A stretch of 64,000 nt of DNA, taken from NCBI RefSeq assembly GCF_056712565.1, contig NZ_CM160072.1. The stretch is one strand, 5' to 3'. The position numbers and the translations under genes are program-made. Shown piece by piece: positions 35,132-44,093 of the stretch. The stretch's first letter is position 1. The number at the start of each line of letters is the position of its first letter. The notes beneath the pieces are model-generated. The model was given only the letters and a program-made list of their open reading frames with translations, did not search any database and was not told the DNA's origin.

Positions 35132-35554
35132 GTGGCAAAAGTTTTTACACAAGAAGAGCGGGAAAAAATTAAAGGACAGGTTGTTGAACTCGTACGCCAG
35201 AGTGGGCGTGAGACGTTACGGCAACTGGAAGTCAAGACAGGTGCGACAAGATATCTGATGAGCGTTCTCGCAAGAGAGCTGGTTGCCAGCGGCGATGTAT
35301 GCAACTCTGGTTACGGGTTATTCCCGTCTGAACAGGCGCGTAAGGACTGGCAAAATGCCAGTAAAAAGCTCTCAAGGGCAAAGCTGAAGAAACCATCTGC
35401 GGTTGATCCGGACCTTATCTGGTCATTACCTGACGGAGAAATACGTCGCTACGACAGGCGTCAGAACATAATCTGTCGCGAGTGCCGGAAGAGTGAAGTT
35501 ATGCAGCGCATATTGTCGTTTTATCAGGGTGATGTTCGGTATTTATTGAAGTGA
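35132..35554 (+). CDS. Hypothetical protein downstream of the replication initiator
   Basis: 140-aa basic ORF; no recognisable helicase-loader motifs. Confidence 0.4.
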   Translation: MAKVFTQEEREKIKGQVVELVRQSGRETLRQLEVKTGATRYLMSVLARELVASGDVCNSGYGLFPSEQARKDWQNASKKLSRAKLKKPSAVDPDLIWSLPDGEIRRYDRRQNIICRECRKSEVMQRILSFYQGDVRYLLK

Positions 35555-35685
35555 CGAGATTAAAGTGCATTAGTTCAGATGCAAATTGACATTTTGTGGC
35601 ACAGGGTAGAGCTAGCGTGGTTGTCCGCTTTGTGCCAATAGCGGACATTGCTGGCTCATGGTATGTTAGTTTAAGGAGGCAGGTT

Positions 35686-36708
35686 ATGCCCTGTATTTCG
35701 CTGTGGTATAATAGTTGCGCAATTGATACAAGGGAGCGTTACATCGTGAAAATTGTTTTCGAGGTTAATGGAAAGAAAGTTCCACTAAAATCTTTAAAAT
35801 ACATAAGCAAAAAAGATCAACTCGAAGTAATGAAAAACTGGTTCTTTGAAAACTTTGAAGATCCGGCAAATGCTTGTCCGTATGAAAGTAGAGAAGGTGG
35901 CTATGCTTACATATATGGCGGGCCGTATGATGCGAGCGAAGAACTACAATCCATCTTCGGTCAATATGTTAAATCTGAGTATATTGAGGAATTAGTAGAT
36001 GAATTACAAACACAATGTTTTGACTGGTCTGGAAACTCAAATAATATAGATGATTGGTACGATGATGATATCTACGACGCTGTAACGTCTTCCGGTAATC
36101 CGTATTTAAAATTCATTGATAATATCGATAAAATAAAAAAACTTGCAAAAGATAAAACTGAACAACAGCAAAAAAACCACTTGCTTAGTTTGCTCTACAC
36201 GAATGTTATTACAGCTTTGGAAACGCTTTATGTTGAGCTATTCATTAATTCTATAGAGAAAGATGATGTCTACATAGCCAATTGTATAGAAAAAGGTAAG
36301 ACTGAATTTAAAGTAAGCAAAGATATTGCTGCGTTGCCTTTCAAGGGTGAACCCATCGAGAAAATTAGGGGAGAGCTAATCAGGTCAATCAAGGAACACT
36401 TGATCAGTGCAAGCTGGCATAGCACTAAAAAGGTAATCGACCGCTATGAAGCTACATTCGATATAAAAGTACAAAAAGACTGTCCGATAGAAGCTATTGA
36501 ATTGGCAACCCTCAATCGAAATCACTTAGTGCATCGTGGTGGAAAGGATAAAGAAGGGAACCTCGTAGTGATTACAGACCAGGATCTTGAAACGCTGATT
36601 GAAAATGCATCGAACCTGGCAATTATGCTCTACAACAGTTTAAATGTAGCAACGAATAAAACCACCATTTTGCAACCAGATGACAAACCGTTCATTCATG
36701 AATTTTAA
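35686..36708 (+). CDS. AT-rich cargo gene 1: protein with HEPN-like R-N-x3-H motif near the C-terminus
   Basis: AAGGAGG RBS 6 nt before ATG 35686 (alternative GTG at 35746); strongly AT-rich body; motif LNRNHLVHRGG. Confidence 0.55.
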   Translation: MPCISLWYNSCAIDTRERYIVKIVFEVNGKKVPLKSLKYISKKDQLEVMKNWFFENFEDPANACPYESREGGYAYIYGGPYDASEELQSIFGQYVKSEYIEELVDELQTQCFDWSGNSNNIDDWYDDDIYDAVTSSGNPYLKFIDNIDKIKKLAKDKTEQQQKNHLLSLLYTNVITALETLYVELFINSIEKDDVYIANCIEKGKTEFKVSKDIAALPFKGEPIEKIRGELIRSIKEHLISASWHSTKKVIDRYEATFDIKVQKDCPIEAIELATLNRNHLVHRGGKDKEGNLVVITDQDLETLIENASNLAIMLYNSLNVATNKTTILQPDDKPFIHEF

Positions 36709-36723
36709 TAGCGCAGGTCATAC

Positions 36724-37725
36724 ATGGATATTCGCACACGAAAGACAAAATTTTTAGAGTCGTTAGATTCAACTGAAGTGATACGCAAAGCAGTAAGTCT
36801 CGCTATAGATTGCATTATTGATAATCATAATAGTAATGAAGATACCCCCTTAGTTATTACCAGCTATGATGATCTCTGTAGAATCCAGGTGCTAAATTAT
36901 GTACAGGAGTTTTGCGAAGCTGCATTCCCTGATATGGATGAATATTACTTTAGTCCTAACATACTTCGCATCAACGGCAAGACTAGTGAAGAAGCTTGTA
37001 TTAACTTAATTAAACTCTTAAGAAGTACAAAAGGCATGCTATTCTGGTCCGATGCCCCATCGTGGTTCGCTAGCCTCCCCGACGGATTATTCCATGTTGT
37101 TAACATTGATCAAAAAATCGTTACTCGCGGCCTTAATAAGAAAAACTCTAAGCCGACAATAATCAATAAAGATTACAGTGTAGATACACTACTATCAGAG
37201 CTATTTTTGAATGGCGCACACATGGAGCAACCCAACGTACACAACGTTTCTGAGGGAAACATGAAGTTCTATGATGAATGCCATGCTGGATTAATCAGAC
37301 CAATACCCGCTCCAATAGGCGCGTCATACGATGAAGAGATCACAATTAATTCTCCAGATTGGCAAAAGCTCGCGTGTGTAGCTTTACGCCGCTATCAGTC
37401 GAAGGAATGTCATGACGGAATGCAATGGGATACAACCGATCATGGTTGGACTGATGTAATCGCGTATCCATTCGTCGAAGAAATACAATCAATGGATAAT
37501 AGTGGTTATCGACAATGTTTAGTTGGGCTGGTCACAATAAACAATTCAAATGCAAATTCTCCGTACCTATCTACCGTTTGGATACATCCATTTTATCGCA
37601 GGAGAGGGTTATTAAGTAAGTTATGGCCAAAATTACAAGAGTTATATGGAAGTAACTTCGAAATTGAGCGACCTAATGAAAATATGAAAGCATTTCTGAA
37701 AAGTGCGAAACACGCAGATTACTAA
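36724..37725 (+). CDS. AT-rich cargo gene 2: protein with GNAT-like C-terminal motif
   Basis: 333 aa, 15 nt after gene 1; C-terminal ...LSTVWIHPFYRRRGLLSKLWPKL... resembles GNAT acetyl-CoA motif A. Confidence 0.5.
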   Translation: MDIRTRKTKFLESLDSTEVIRKAVSLAIDCIIDNHNSNEDTPLVITSYDDLCRIQVLNYVQEFCEAAFPDMDEYYFSPNILRINGKTSEEACINLIKLLRSTKGMLFWSDAPSWFASLPDGLFHVVNIDQKIVTRGLNKKNSKPTIINKDYSVDTLLSELFLNGAHMEQPNVHNVSEGNMKFYDECHAGLIRPIPAPIGASYDEEITINSPDWQKLACVALRRYQSKECHDGMQWDTTDHGWTDVIAYPFVEEIQSMDNSGYRQCLVGLVTINNSNANSPYLSTVWIHPFYRRRGLLSKLWPKLQELYGSNFEIERPNENMKAFLKSAKHADY

Positions 37726-38041
37726 TTTATGAATCAGTCTGTGGAGTTAGGGTTGGTGTCAACAAGTAGGGTAAGAGCCTCAACGTGATGCTATGCCGAC
37801 CTGCTCCCTGAGAATTCACACAGAAGGCTGCTAGCAATGTCTGCAGATCGCTCAAAGCGGACTAGAAGGTTAGCTTGCGTCGGACTTGGCGTATTTAAAG
37901 AAGTGCTGGTGGTGACTGGTTGTTGTGTTCCATTTCTACAGAACAAAATCACAGAAACTATACCCAATAGTTATATTGAATCAATGATGAGACAGCCTCA
38001 TATTTATCAGAACTGGTGTACGTCCAATACAGGAGGTTGTC

Positions 38042-38131
38042 GTGCTGGTTCTCAAATGTGCGCTAGCTATTGCGGCTGTAATGGCAATTTATTGTCTTGC
38101 TGTTGTTCTTATGGATCGCCTTTCTGATTGA
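38042..38131 (+). CDS. Candidate 29-aa hydrophobic peptide (type I toxin-like)
   Basis: AGGAGG at 38031-38036 then GTG; translation VLVLKCALAIAAVMAIYCLAVVLMDRLSD; overlaps in another frame the Cys-rich track ORF 37837-38127. Confidence 0.3.
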   Translation: MLVLKCALAIAAVMAIYCLAVVLMDRLSD

Positions 38132-38342
38132 TTTTATATTGGCGAGGTGACGGGAGTTAAGTAGAATTGCTGCGGGTGCTTGAGGCTATCTGCCTCAGGC
38201 ATGAACACCAAAGGCAGATAGAGAAAAGCCCCAGTTAATATTACGCGTCCTGCAAGACGCTTAACATTAATCTGAGGCTCAATCTATGAACGGCAAATCT
38301 AGGTTAGCCTCTTACGTGCCGAAAGGCAAGGAGAAGCAGGCT

Positions 38343-38498
38343 ATGAAGCAGCAAAAGGCGATGTTAATCGCCCTGATCGTCATCTGTTTAACCGTCATAG
38401 TGACGGCACTGGTAACGAGGAAAGACCTCTGCGAGGTACGAATCCGAACCGGCCAGACGGAGGTCGCTGTCTTCACAGTTTACGAACCTGAGGAGTAA
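38343..38498 (+). CDS. hok: Hok/Gef-family type I membrane toxin
   Basis: 51 aa MKQQKAMLIALIVICLTVIVTALVTRKDLCEVRIRTGQTEVAVFTVYEPEE. Confidence 0.85.
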   Translation: MKQQKAMLIALIVICLTVIVTALVTRKDLCEVRIRTGQTEVAVFTVYEPEE

Positions 38499-38567
38499 GA
38501 GACCCGGCGAGGGAGAAATCCCTCGCCACCTCTGATGTGTCAGGCATCCTCAACGCACCCGCACGTA

Positions 38568-38594
38568 ACCCGCTTCGGCGGGTTTTGTTTTTTC
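38568..38594 (+). terminator. Rho-independent terminator
   Basis: aacccgcttcggcgggtt followed by ttgtttttt. Confidence 0.7.
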
Positions 38595-38665
38595 CTGGCA
38601 TTCTGGTTTACAATTCGCACGCCAGCCTGAACAACTGGCACCTGCTGCGCCAGCAGAGACAACCG

Positions 38666-38944
38666 ATGGCGCACGATACCAAATTACACAATTCTGATGA
38701 TTCTGCCGTCTTTGCCAGCAGGCACGGGCGGCGTTCCCGCACTTTCAAATCTGACTGGTTCCAGCATCCCCCATGCACTGAAGAACAGGCCGAGTGGCTA
38801 ATTCAGTGCTACCGCAGACACGGATACGAGATTAAGAAAGCCCTCAGCCTCGATTATCGTCACTGGATAATCTCCGTCAGGCTTCCTTACTCCGAACGAT
38901 CACCGCGTCCGTCCCGCACATTCCAGCAACGCATCTGGAGGTAA
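38666..38944 (+). CDS. Hypothetical protein
   Basis: 92 aa from MAHDTKLHNSDDSAV...; the track ORF start lies upstream of the terminator, so the internal ATG is preferred. Confidence 0.35.
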   Translation: MAHDTKLHNSDDSAVFASRHGRRSRTFKSDWFQHPPCTEEQAEWLIQCYRRHGYEIKKALSLDYRHWIISVRLPYSERSPRPSRTFQQRIWR

Positions 38945-38945
38945 C

Positions 38946-39992
38946 GTGCGAGTATTACTTCGACCTGTTCTGGTACCGGAACTCGGGCTGGTGATCGTTA
39001 AGCCGGGCCGTGAATCCATGCCGGTATTCCACAATACCCGGGTACTGGTGGAGCCGGAACCGAAAAGCATGCGTAATCTGCCGTCCGGGGTTGTTCCTGC
39101 CGTTCGCCAGCCGCTAGTGGAAGACAAAACATTGCTGCCGTTTTTCAGTAACGCACGGGTGATTCGTGCTGCTGGTGGTGCTGGTGCATTGTCTGACTGG
39201 CTGTTGCGCCATATTAAATCCTGCCAGTGGCCACACGGCGATTATCATCACAGCGAAACCGTCATTCACCGTTATGGTACCGGCGCAATGGTGTTGTGCT
39301 GGCACTGCGACAACCAGCTGCGTGACCAGACATCCGAATCACTCGAGCAACTTGCTCATCAAAACCTGTCAGCATGGATGATTGACGTCATACTCCATGC
39401 AATGAATGGCTCGCAGGAACGGGAATTATCGCTGGCTGAATTATCCTGGTGGGCGGTCCGCAATCAGGTGGCGGACGCGCTACCGGAAGCGGTATTACGT
39501 CGTTCGCTGGGGTTGCGTGCGGAAAAAATCCGCTCAATGTACCGTGAAAGCGACATCGTACCGGGAGAGCAGACCGCCACCAGCATACTGAAGCAGCGCA
39601 CAAAAAATCTTGCGCCGCTGCCTCACGCCCACCAGCAAAACCCGCCACAGGAAGAGACGGTGGTCAGCATTGCCGTTGATCCTGAGTCTCCGGAATCTTT
39701 CATGAAACGACCTAAACGTCGCCGCTGGGTTAACGAGAAATACACACGCTGGGTGAAGACACAGCCGTGTGCGTGTTGTGGTAAGCCAGCCGACGATCCC
39801 CATCACCTGATTGGTCATGGTCAGGGCGGAATGGGGACAAAATCTCACGATATTTTCACGCTACCGCTGTGTCGGGAGCATCACAACGAGCTTCATGCGG
39901 ATCCTCTGGCGTTCGAAGAAAAGCATGGTTCTCAGGTTGATTTAATTTTTCGTTTTCTTGATCACGCCTTTGCAACTGGCGTGCTTGGGTAA
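38946..39992 (+). CDS. DUF968-type phage protein with C-terminal HNH-like motif
   Basis: 348 aa, GTG start; C-terminal CACCGKPADDPHHLIGHG...CREHHNELH. Confidence 0.55.
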   Translation: MRVLLRPVLVPELGLVIVKPGRESMPVFHNTRVLVEPEPKSMRNLPSGVVPAVRQPLVEDKTLLPFFSNARVIRAAGGAGALSDWLLRHIKSCQWPHGDYHHSETVIHRYGTGAMVLCWHCDNQLRDQTSESLEQLAHQNLSAWMIDVILHAMNGSQERELSLAELSWWAVRNQVADALPEAVLRRSLGLRAEKIRSMYRESDIVPGEQTATSILKQRTKNLAPLPHAHQQNPPQEETVVSIAVDPESPESFMKRPKRRRWVNEKYTRWVKTQPCACCGKPADDPHHLIGHGQGGMGTKSHDIFTLPLCREHHNELHADPLAFEEKHGSQVDLIFRFLDHAFATGVLG

Positions 39993-40004
39993 AAGAGGTG
40001 ACTG

Positions 40005-40379
40005 ATGCTCATAGATTTGGTTTTACCTTACCCGCCGACGGTGAACACTTACTGGCGACGCCGTGGCAGCACATATTTTATCTCGGAGGAGGGAAAGCGT
40101 TATCGCCGGGCTGTGGCGCTTATTGTTCGCCAGCAGCGGCTGAAATTAAGCCTGTCCGGAAGGCTGGCGATAAAGGTGATTGCAGAGCCACCGGATAAGC
40201 GTCGTCGCGACCTGGACAATATCCTGAAAGCACCGCTGGATGCGCTGACGCATGCGGGAGTGTTAATGGACGATGAGCAGTTTGATGAAATCAATATCGT
40301 TCGTGGTCAGCCAGTATCTGGTGGACGTATGGGGGTGAAGATTTACCCCATAATGCATGAAGAGCAGGTCAAAAAATGA
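40005..40379 (+). CDS. rusA: Holliday-junction resolvase RusA
   Basis: 124 aa MLIDLVLPYPPTVNTYWRRRG...RRDLDNILKAPLDAL. Confidence 0.88.
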   Translation: MLIDLVLPYPPTVNTYWRRRGSTYFISEEGKRYRRAVALIVRQQRLKLSLSGRLAIKVIAEPPDKRRRDLDNILKAPLDALTHAGVLMDDEQFDEINIVRGQPVSGGRMGVKIYPIMHEEQVKK

Positions 40380-41197
40380 AACTGGAAGATTTACCGAAAT
40401 ACTACTCCCCAAAATCCCCTGGCCTGACCGATGCATCGGCCTCAACGTCAAAAGATGCGCTGAGTATCACTGATGTGATGGCCGCGCAGGGCATGACACA
40501 GAATCGGGCTGAGATGGGGTTTTCTGCGTTCCTGGGGAAAATGGGCATCAGTATGAATGACAGGGCGCGGGCAACAGAATTACTGGCAGATTATGCACTC
40601 AGTCGGTGCGATCGTGTGGCGGCGTTGAGAAAACTTCCGGCAGAAATAAAACCGGTAGTGATGCGCATTATGGCTTCGTATGCGTTTGAAGATTATGCCC
40701 GTAGCGCGGCGAGCAAAAAACAGTGCCCTTGCTGTCACGGAAAAAAATTTATTGAAAGCGAGGTTTTTACAAACAAGATCCAGTATCCGGATGGTAAGCC
40801 ACCAGTGTGGGCAAAGTGCACAAAAGGCGTGTATCCGTCTTACTGGGAAGAATGGAAAAAAGTCAGGGAGGTGGTAAAAGTTGCCTGTCCGGAGTGTGGC
40901 GGAAAGGGTGAGGTTTCCACCGCCTGTAAGGATTGCCGTGGGCGTGGTGTCGCCATTCATCGTGAAGAGTCGGTAAAACGTGGTATGCCTGTTATCAGAG
41001 ATTGCCAGCGTTGTGGTGGTCGTGGCTGTGAAAGGCTGCCATCAACGGAGGCATTTAATGCCATATGCAAAGTGACGAGTGCTATCACGCTTGATACGTG
41101 GAAAAAATCAGTGAAACGCTTTTACGATACGTTGGTGGTTCGGTTTGACATTGAAGAGGCATGGGCGGAGCGGCAGTTAAAGAGGGTAACGCGATAG
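40376..41197 (+). CDS. Late antiterminator Q-like protein with DnaJ-type Zn-finger repeats
   Basis: 273 aa; four CxxCxGxG-type motifs; immediately upstream of a lambda-like PR' and tR'. Confidence 0.6.
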   Translation: MKLEDLPKYYSPKSPGLTDASASTSKDALSITDVMAAQGMTQNRAEMGFSAFLGKMGISMNDRARATELLADYALSRCDRVAALRKLPAEIKPVVMRIMASYAFEDYARSAASKKQCPCCHGKKFIESEVFTNKIQYPDGKPPVWAKCTKGVYPSYWEEWKKVREVVKVACPECGGKGEVSTACKDCRGRGVAIHREESVKRGMPVIRDCQRCGGRGCERLPSTEAFNAICKVTSAITLDTWKKSVKRFYDTLVVRFDIEEAWAERQLKRVTR

Positions 41198-41202
41198 TGT
41201 TG

Positions 41203-41230
41203 TTGATTTTTCCCGAATCTGTGGTAAATT
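41203..41230 (+). promoter_or_regulatory. Late promoter PR'-like (-35 TTGATT, 16-bp spacer, -10 TAAATT)
   Basis: gtggTAAATTtgctctaacgatggg closely matches lambda PR' (gggTAAATTtgactcaacgatggg) from memory. Confidence 0.6.
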
Positions 41231-41278
41231 TGCTCTAACGATGGGCGTTTTATGCCTGACGTTAGAAGATTTTTTACA

Positions 41279-41302
41279 CCCCGCCGCCTGGCGGGTTTTT
41301 TA
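41279..41302 (+). terminator. tR'-like intrinsic terminator downstream of PR'
   Basis: cccgcc-gcct-ggcggg followed by T6. Confidence 0.7.
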
Positions 41303-41421
41303 TGACTGAAATCGCGTCAGTACAGTAAACGCGCTGGTGGCGGTGAATACCTGTCTTTCAGCTTGCTGGCTTTTTCGACAAGAGTTATTGGTGTGTCACG
41401 TTAACCGGAAAAGGAAAAGAC

Positions 41422-41619
41422 ATGCTAAAACAGCAGGATATGACAGAAACCGCCAGAGTGGTGTTTAATGAATTAAGCGTTACCGACCCGGCGACAGTCG
41501 GGGAGATAGCGCAGAATACTTACCTTTCACGCGAACGCTGCCAGTTAATACTGACTCAGCTGGTTATGGCGGGTCTGGCAGACTATCAGTTCGGTTGTTA
41601 CAGACGCCTTCCGCAGTGA
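41422..41619 (+). CDS. Hypothetical small protein
   Basis: 65-aa ORF followed by a hairpin terminator at 41606-41630. Confidence 0.35.
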   Translation: MLKQQDMTETARVVFNELSVTDPATVGEIAQNTYLSRERCQLILTQLVMAGLADYQFGCYRRLPQ

Positions 41620-41630
41620 AGGCTTTTTTA
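41606..41630 (+). terminator. Intrinsic terminator
   Basis: gccttc-cgcagt-gaaggc followed by T6. Confidence 0.6.
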
Positions 41631-41769
41631 TTTGTGGTAAATGGGCGGCTGGTGGGTGTTAGGGGCACCCACCAGCCATCTGCTCATGCGTCCGGATCAC
41701 AAGCAAACCTCAGGCCCACTGCTTTGCGCAAAAGCAGAATGAGCCTATCAGAGACAGGCTTAATGATCC

Positions 41770-42819
41770 ATGCTTAATACTGTAAAAATATCCAGTTGTG
41801 AGTTAATCAACGCCGACTGCCTGGAATTTATCCGGTCGTTACCCGAAAATTCTGTTGACCTGATAGTCACGGACCCGCCGTACTTTAAAGTGAAGCCTGA
41901 GGGCTGGGATAACCAGTGGAAGGGCGACGATGATTACCTGAAGTGGCTGGACCAGTGTCTGGCGCAGTTCTGGCGGGTGCTGAAACCTGCCGGAAGTCTT
42001 TACCTGTTCTGTGGTCATCGCCTGGCATCTGATATCGAAATCATGATGCGTGAACGCTTCAGTGTGCTGAACCATATTATCTGGGCGAAGCCGTCCGGAC
42101 GCTGGAACGGATGCAACAAGGAAAGCCTGCGGGCGTATTTCCCCGCCACAGAGCGCATTCTGTTCGCGGAACATTATCAGGGGCCGTATCGTCCGAAAGA
42201 TGCCGGGTATGCGGCGAAGGGCAGTGCACTGAAACAGCATGTGATGGCCCCGCTGATTTCTTACTTTCGTGATGCGCGCGCGGCCCTGGGGATAACGGCA
42301 AAACAGATTGCAGATGCCACAGGAAAGAAAAACATGGTGTCGCACTGGTTCAGTGCCAGTCAGTGGCAGCTACCGAATGAAAGCGATTATCTGAAATTAC
42401 AGGCGCTGTTTGCCCGGGTGGCAGAAGAGAAGCATCGGCGTGGTGAACTGGAAAAGCTCCACCACCAGCTGGTGGATACGTATACCTCACTGAACCGGCA
42501 GTATGCGGAGCTGCTGAGTGAATATAAACATCTGCGGCGGTATTTTGGCGTGACGGTGCAGGTGCCGTATACCGATGTGTGGACGCATAAACCGGTGCAG
42601 TTCTATCCCGGGAAACATCCGTGCGAAAAACCGGCAGAAATGCTGCAGCAGATAATCAGCGCAAGTAGCCGTCCTGGTGATCTGGTTGCGGATTTTTTCA
42701 TGGGGTCGGGTTCAACGGTAAAAGCGGCGATGGCACTGGGGCGTCGTGCGATTGGTGTTGAGCTGGAGACCGGACGTTTTGAGCAGACAGTCAGGGAAGT
42801 TCAGGATTTAATCGTTTGA
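41770..42819 (+). CDS. Orphan DNA methyltransferase (N6-adenine/N4-cytosine family, motif IV DPPY before motif I FxGxG)
   Basis: 349 aa with DPPY at the N-terminus and DFFMGSGST near the C-terminus; no adjacent restriction endonuclease gene. Confidence 0.8.
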   Translation: MLNTVKISSCELINADCLEFIRSLPENSVDLIVTDPPYFKVKPEGWDNQWKGDDDYLKWLDQCLAQFWRVLKPAGSLYLFCGHRLASDIEIMMRERFSVLNHIIWAKPSGRWNGCNKESLRAYFPATERILFAEHYQGPYRPKDAGYAAKGSALKQHVMAPLISYFRDARAALGITAKQIADATGKKNMVSHWFSASQWQLPNESDYLKLQALFARVAEEKHRRGELEKLHHQLVDTYTSLNRQYAELLSEYKHLRRYFGVTVQVPYTDVWTHKPVQFYPGKHPCEKPAEMLQQIISASSRPGDLVADFFMGSGSTVKAAMALGRRAIGVELETGRFEQTVREVQDLIV

Positions 42820-42868
42820 AACGGATGAGATTGCAGAATTAATTACGCACCATTATTATTCTGCTCCC

Positions 42869-42944
42869 GGCCCTTTAGCTCAGTGGTGAGAGCGAGCGAC
42901 TCATAATCGCCAGGTCGCTGGTTCAAATCCAGCAAGGGCCACCA
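42869..42944 (+). tRNA. Phage tRNA with anticodon CAU (Ile2/Met; ileZ-like)
   Basis: 76-nt cloverleaf, acceptor ggccctt/aagggcc, anticodon loop ct-CAT-aa, T-loop GGTTCAAATCC, encoded CCA. Confidence 0.8.
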
Positions 42945-42951
42945 TCACATA

Positions 42952-43028
42952 CCGCCATTAGCTCATCAGGAAAGAGCGCCAGCCTTCGAAGCTGGTTGCG
43001 CGGAGTTCGGGTCCCCGAAGGCGGTCCA
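42952..43028 (+). tRNA. Phage tRNA-Arg (UCG), slightly degenerate (argN-like)
   Basis: Anticodon stem ccagc/gctgg with loop ct-TCG-aa; D-stem gctc/gagc; one acceptor and one T-stem mismatch; encoded CCA. Confidence 0.55.
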
Positions 43029-43041
43029 TTATCTGTATCCT

Positions 43042-43118
43042 GCGTTGTTAGCTCAGCCGGACAGAGCAATTGCCTTCTAAGCAATCGGTCACTGGTTCGA
43101 ATCCAGTACAACGCGCCA
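43042..43118 (+). tRNA. Phage tRNA-Arg (UCU) (argO-like)
   Basis: Perfect 7-bp acceptor gcgttgt/acaacgc, anticodon loop ct-TCT-aa, T-loop GGTTCGAATCC, encoded CCA. Confidence 0.8.
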
Positions 43119-43134
43119 CACTTATTTTCCCTGG

Positions 43135-43158
43135 CTCGCTTTTGCGGGCTTTTTTTTA
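43135..43158 (+). terminator. Intrinsic terminator after the tRNA cluster
   Basis: gctcgc-tttt-gcgggc followed by T8. Confidence 0.6.
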
Positions 43159-43161
43159 AAT

Positions 43162-43380
43162 GTCTCACAATTCAGGCGGTTGACTGTTGTCTGGTTTGCG
43201 GGGAGTTTGTTAAAAGAAACTGGCATGGTGAATCCCCCTGTGCGGAGGGGCAATCAGCGAGTAGGTATATGGGATAATCGCGGATTCAGGTGCTGGTACT
43301 GAATTCACCGGGAGGCACCCGGCACCATGCAATGGCACATAGCGCCACTCTCCAGCCCCTCTCCGGAGGGGCTTTTCTGT
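43162..43380 (+). ncRNA. Non-coding unit 1 (candidate sRNA): conserved boxes plus terminator
   Basis: ctcacaattcag / TTGACT / gcatggtgaatccccctgtgcggagggg / caccgggaggcacccggcaccatg / cccctctccggaggggcttttctg; no credible ORF. Confidence 0.4.
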
Positions 43381-43567
43381 GCCGGATACATCACAGTTTC
43401 TGGAACCTTAGGTACTACAGTATCAGTCAGGGTGCTATATTTTCAGATGTGATGAAAGCCTGTCAGCAGGCAGGGCGTATCGGAAATGACCCAGTAGAGA
43501 AAACGTTGACTCAGATACCGGTGCTGAGTTACCGGGAAACCGGCATCACATGACCGCTATCCTTCCA

Positions 43568-43595
43568 GGCCCATCCGCTCCGGTGGGCCTTTTTA
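43568..43595 (+). terminator. Intrinsic terminator between the two non-coding units
   Basis: ggccca-tccgctccgg-tgggcc followed by T5. Confidence 0.6.
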
Positions 43596-43630
43596 CTGCA
43601 GAAAACAGGTTCCCCGTTAAATGCTATGTT

Positions 43631-43866
43631 GCTCACAATTCAGTAAGTTGACAGTTGCCTGTCAGACTGGGCATTTGTTAAAAAAATTTCGCATGGTGAA
43701 TCCCCCTGAGCGGAGGGGCGACTGGTGACGGTATAATCTCTGATTATCAAAACGAGAATGACGCGGGTTTAGTGGCACCGGGCTGAACTCACCGGGAGGC
43801 ACCCGGCACCATGTGCATGATGATACAGATACGCGGCTTTAGCCCCTCTCCGGAGGGGTTTTCTTG
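43631..43866 (+). ncRNA. Non-coding unit 2 (candidate sRNA), diverged paralog of unit 1
   Basis: Same ordered boxes as unit 1 (TTGACA, gcatggtgaatccccctgagcggagggg, caccgggaggcacccggcaccatg, cccctctccggaggggttttcttg). Confidence 0.4.
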
Positions 43867-44093
43867 TGGGCAAAAAAAGCCCGCGCTGGGAGACGCGGGC
43901 GGCAAGGAATAAACAATAAAACGTGAAGTAATATTTCAGCTGGCGAATAATACCCCATAGTAATCACTCTGCGCAACTGCGCGGTCTTTTTCGAATTGCG
44001 GGCTGTCGTCTCTCTTCTGCCATTGTCCTGTAACTTCCGGACTTCAGCCCGCTCCTTATTTTACTCACAATATTATCCCGGCCGGGAGGATTC

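Noticed and set aside
37837-38127. Cys-rich 96-aa ORF as a possible microcin or TOMM precursor
   Set aside because: No modification-enzyme genes nearby, weak RBS, and it overlaps a better-supported small ORF with a perfect RBS in another frame; kept only as an alternative in the findings.
43290-43553. 87-aa ORF in the non-coding late-region cargo
   Set aside because: It runs straight through an intrinsic terminator hairpin and has no RBS; the region is more consistent with structured RNA.
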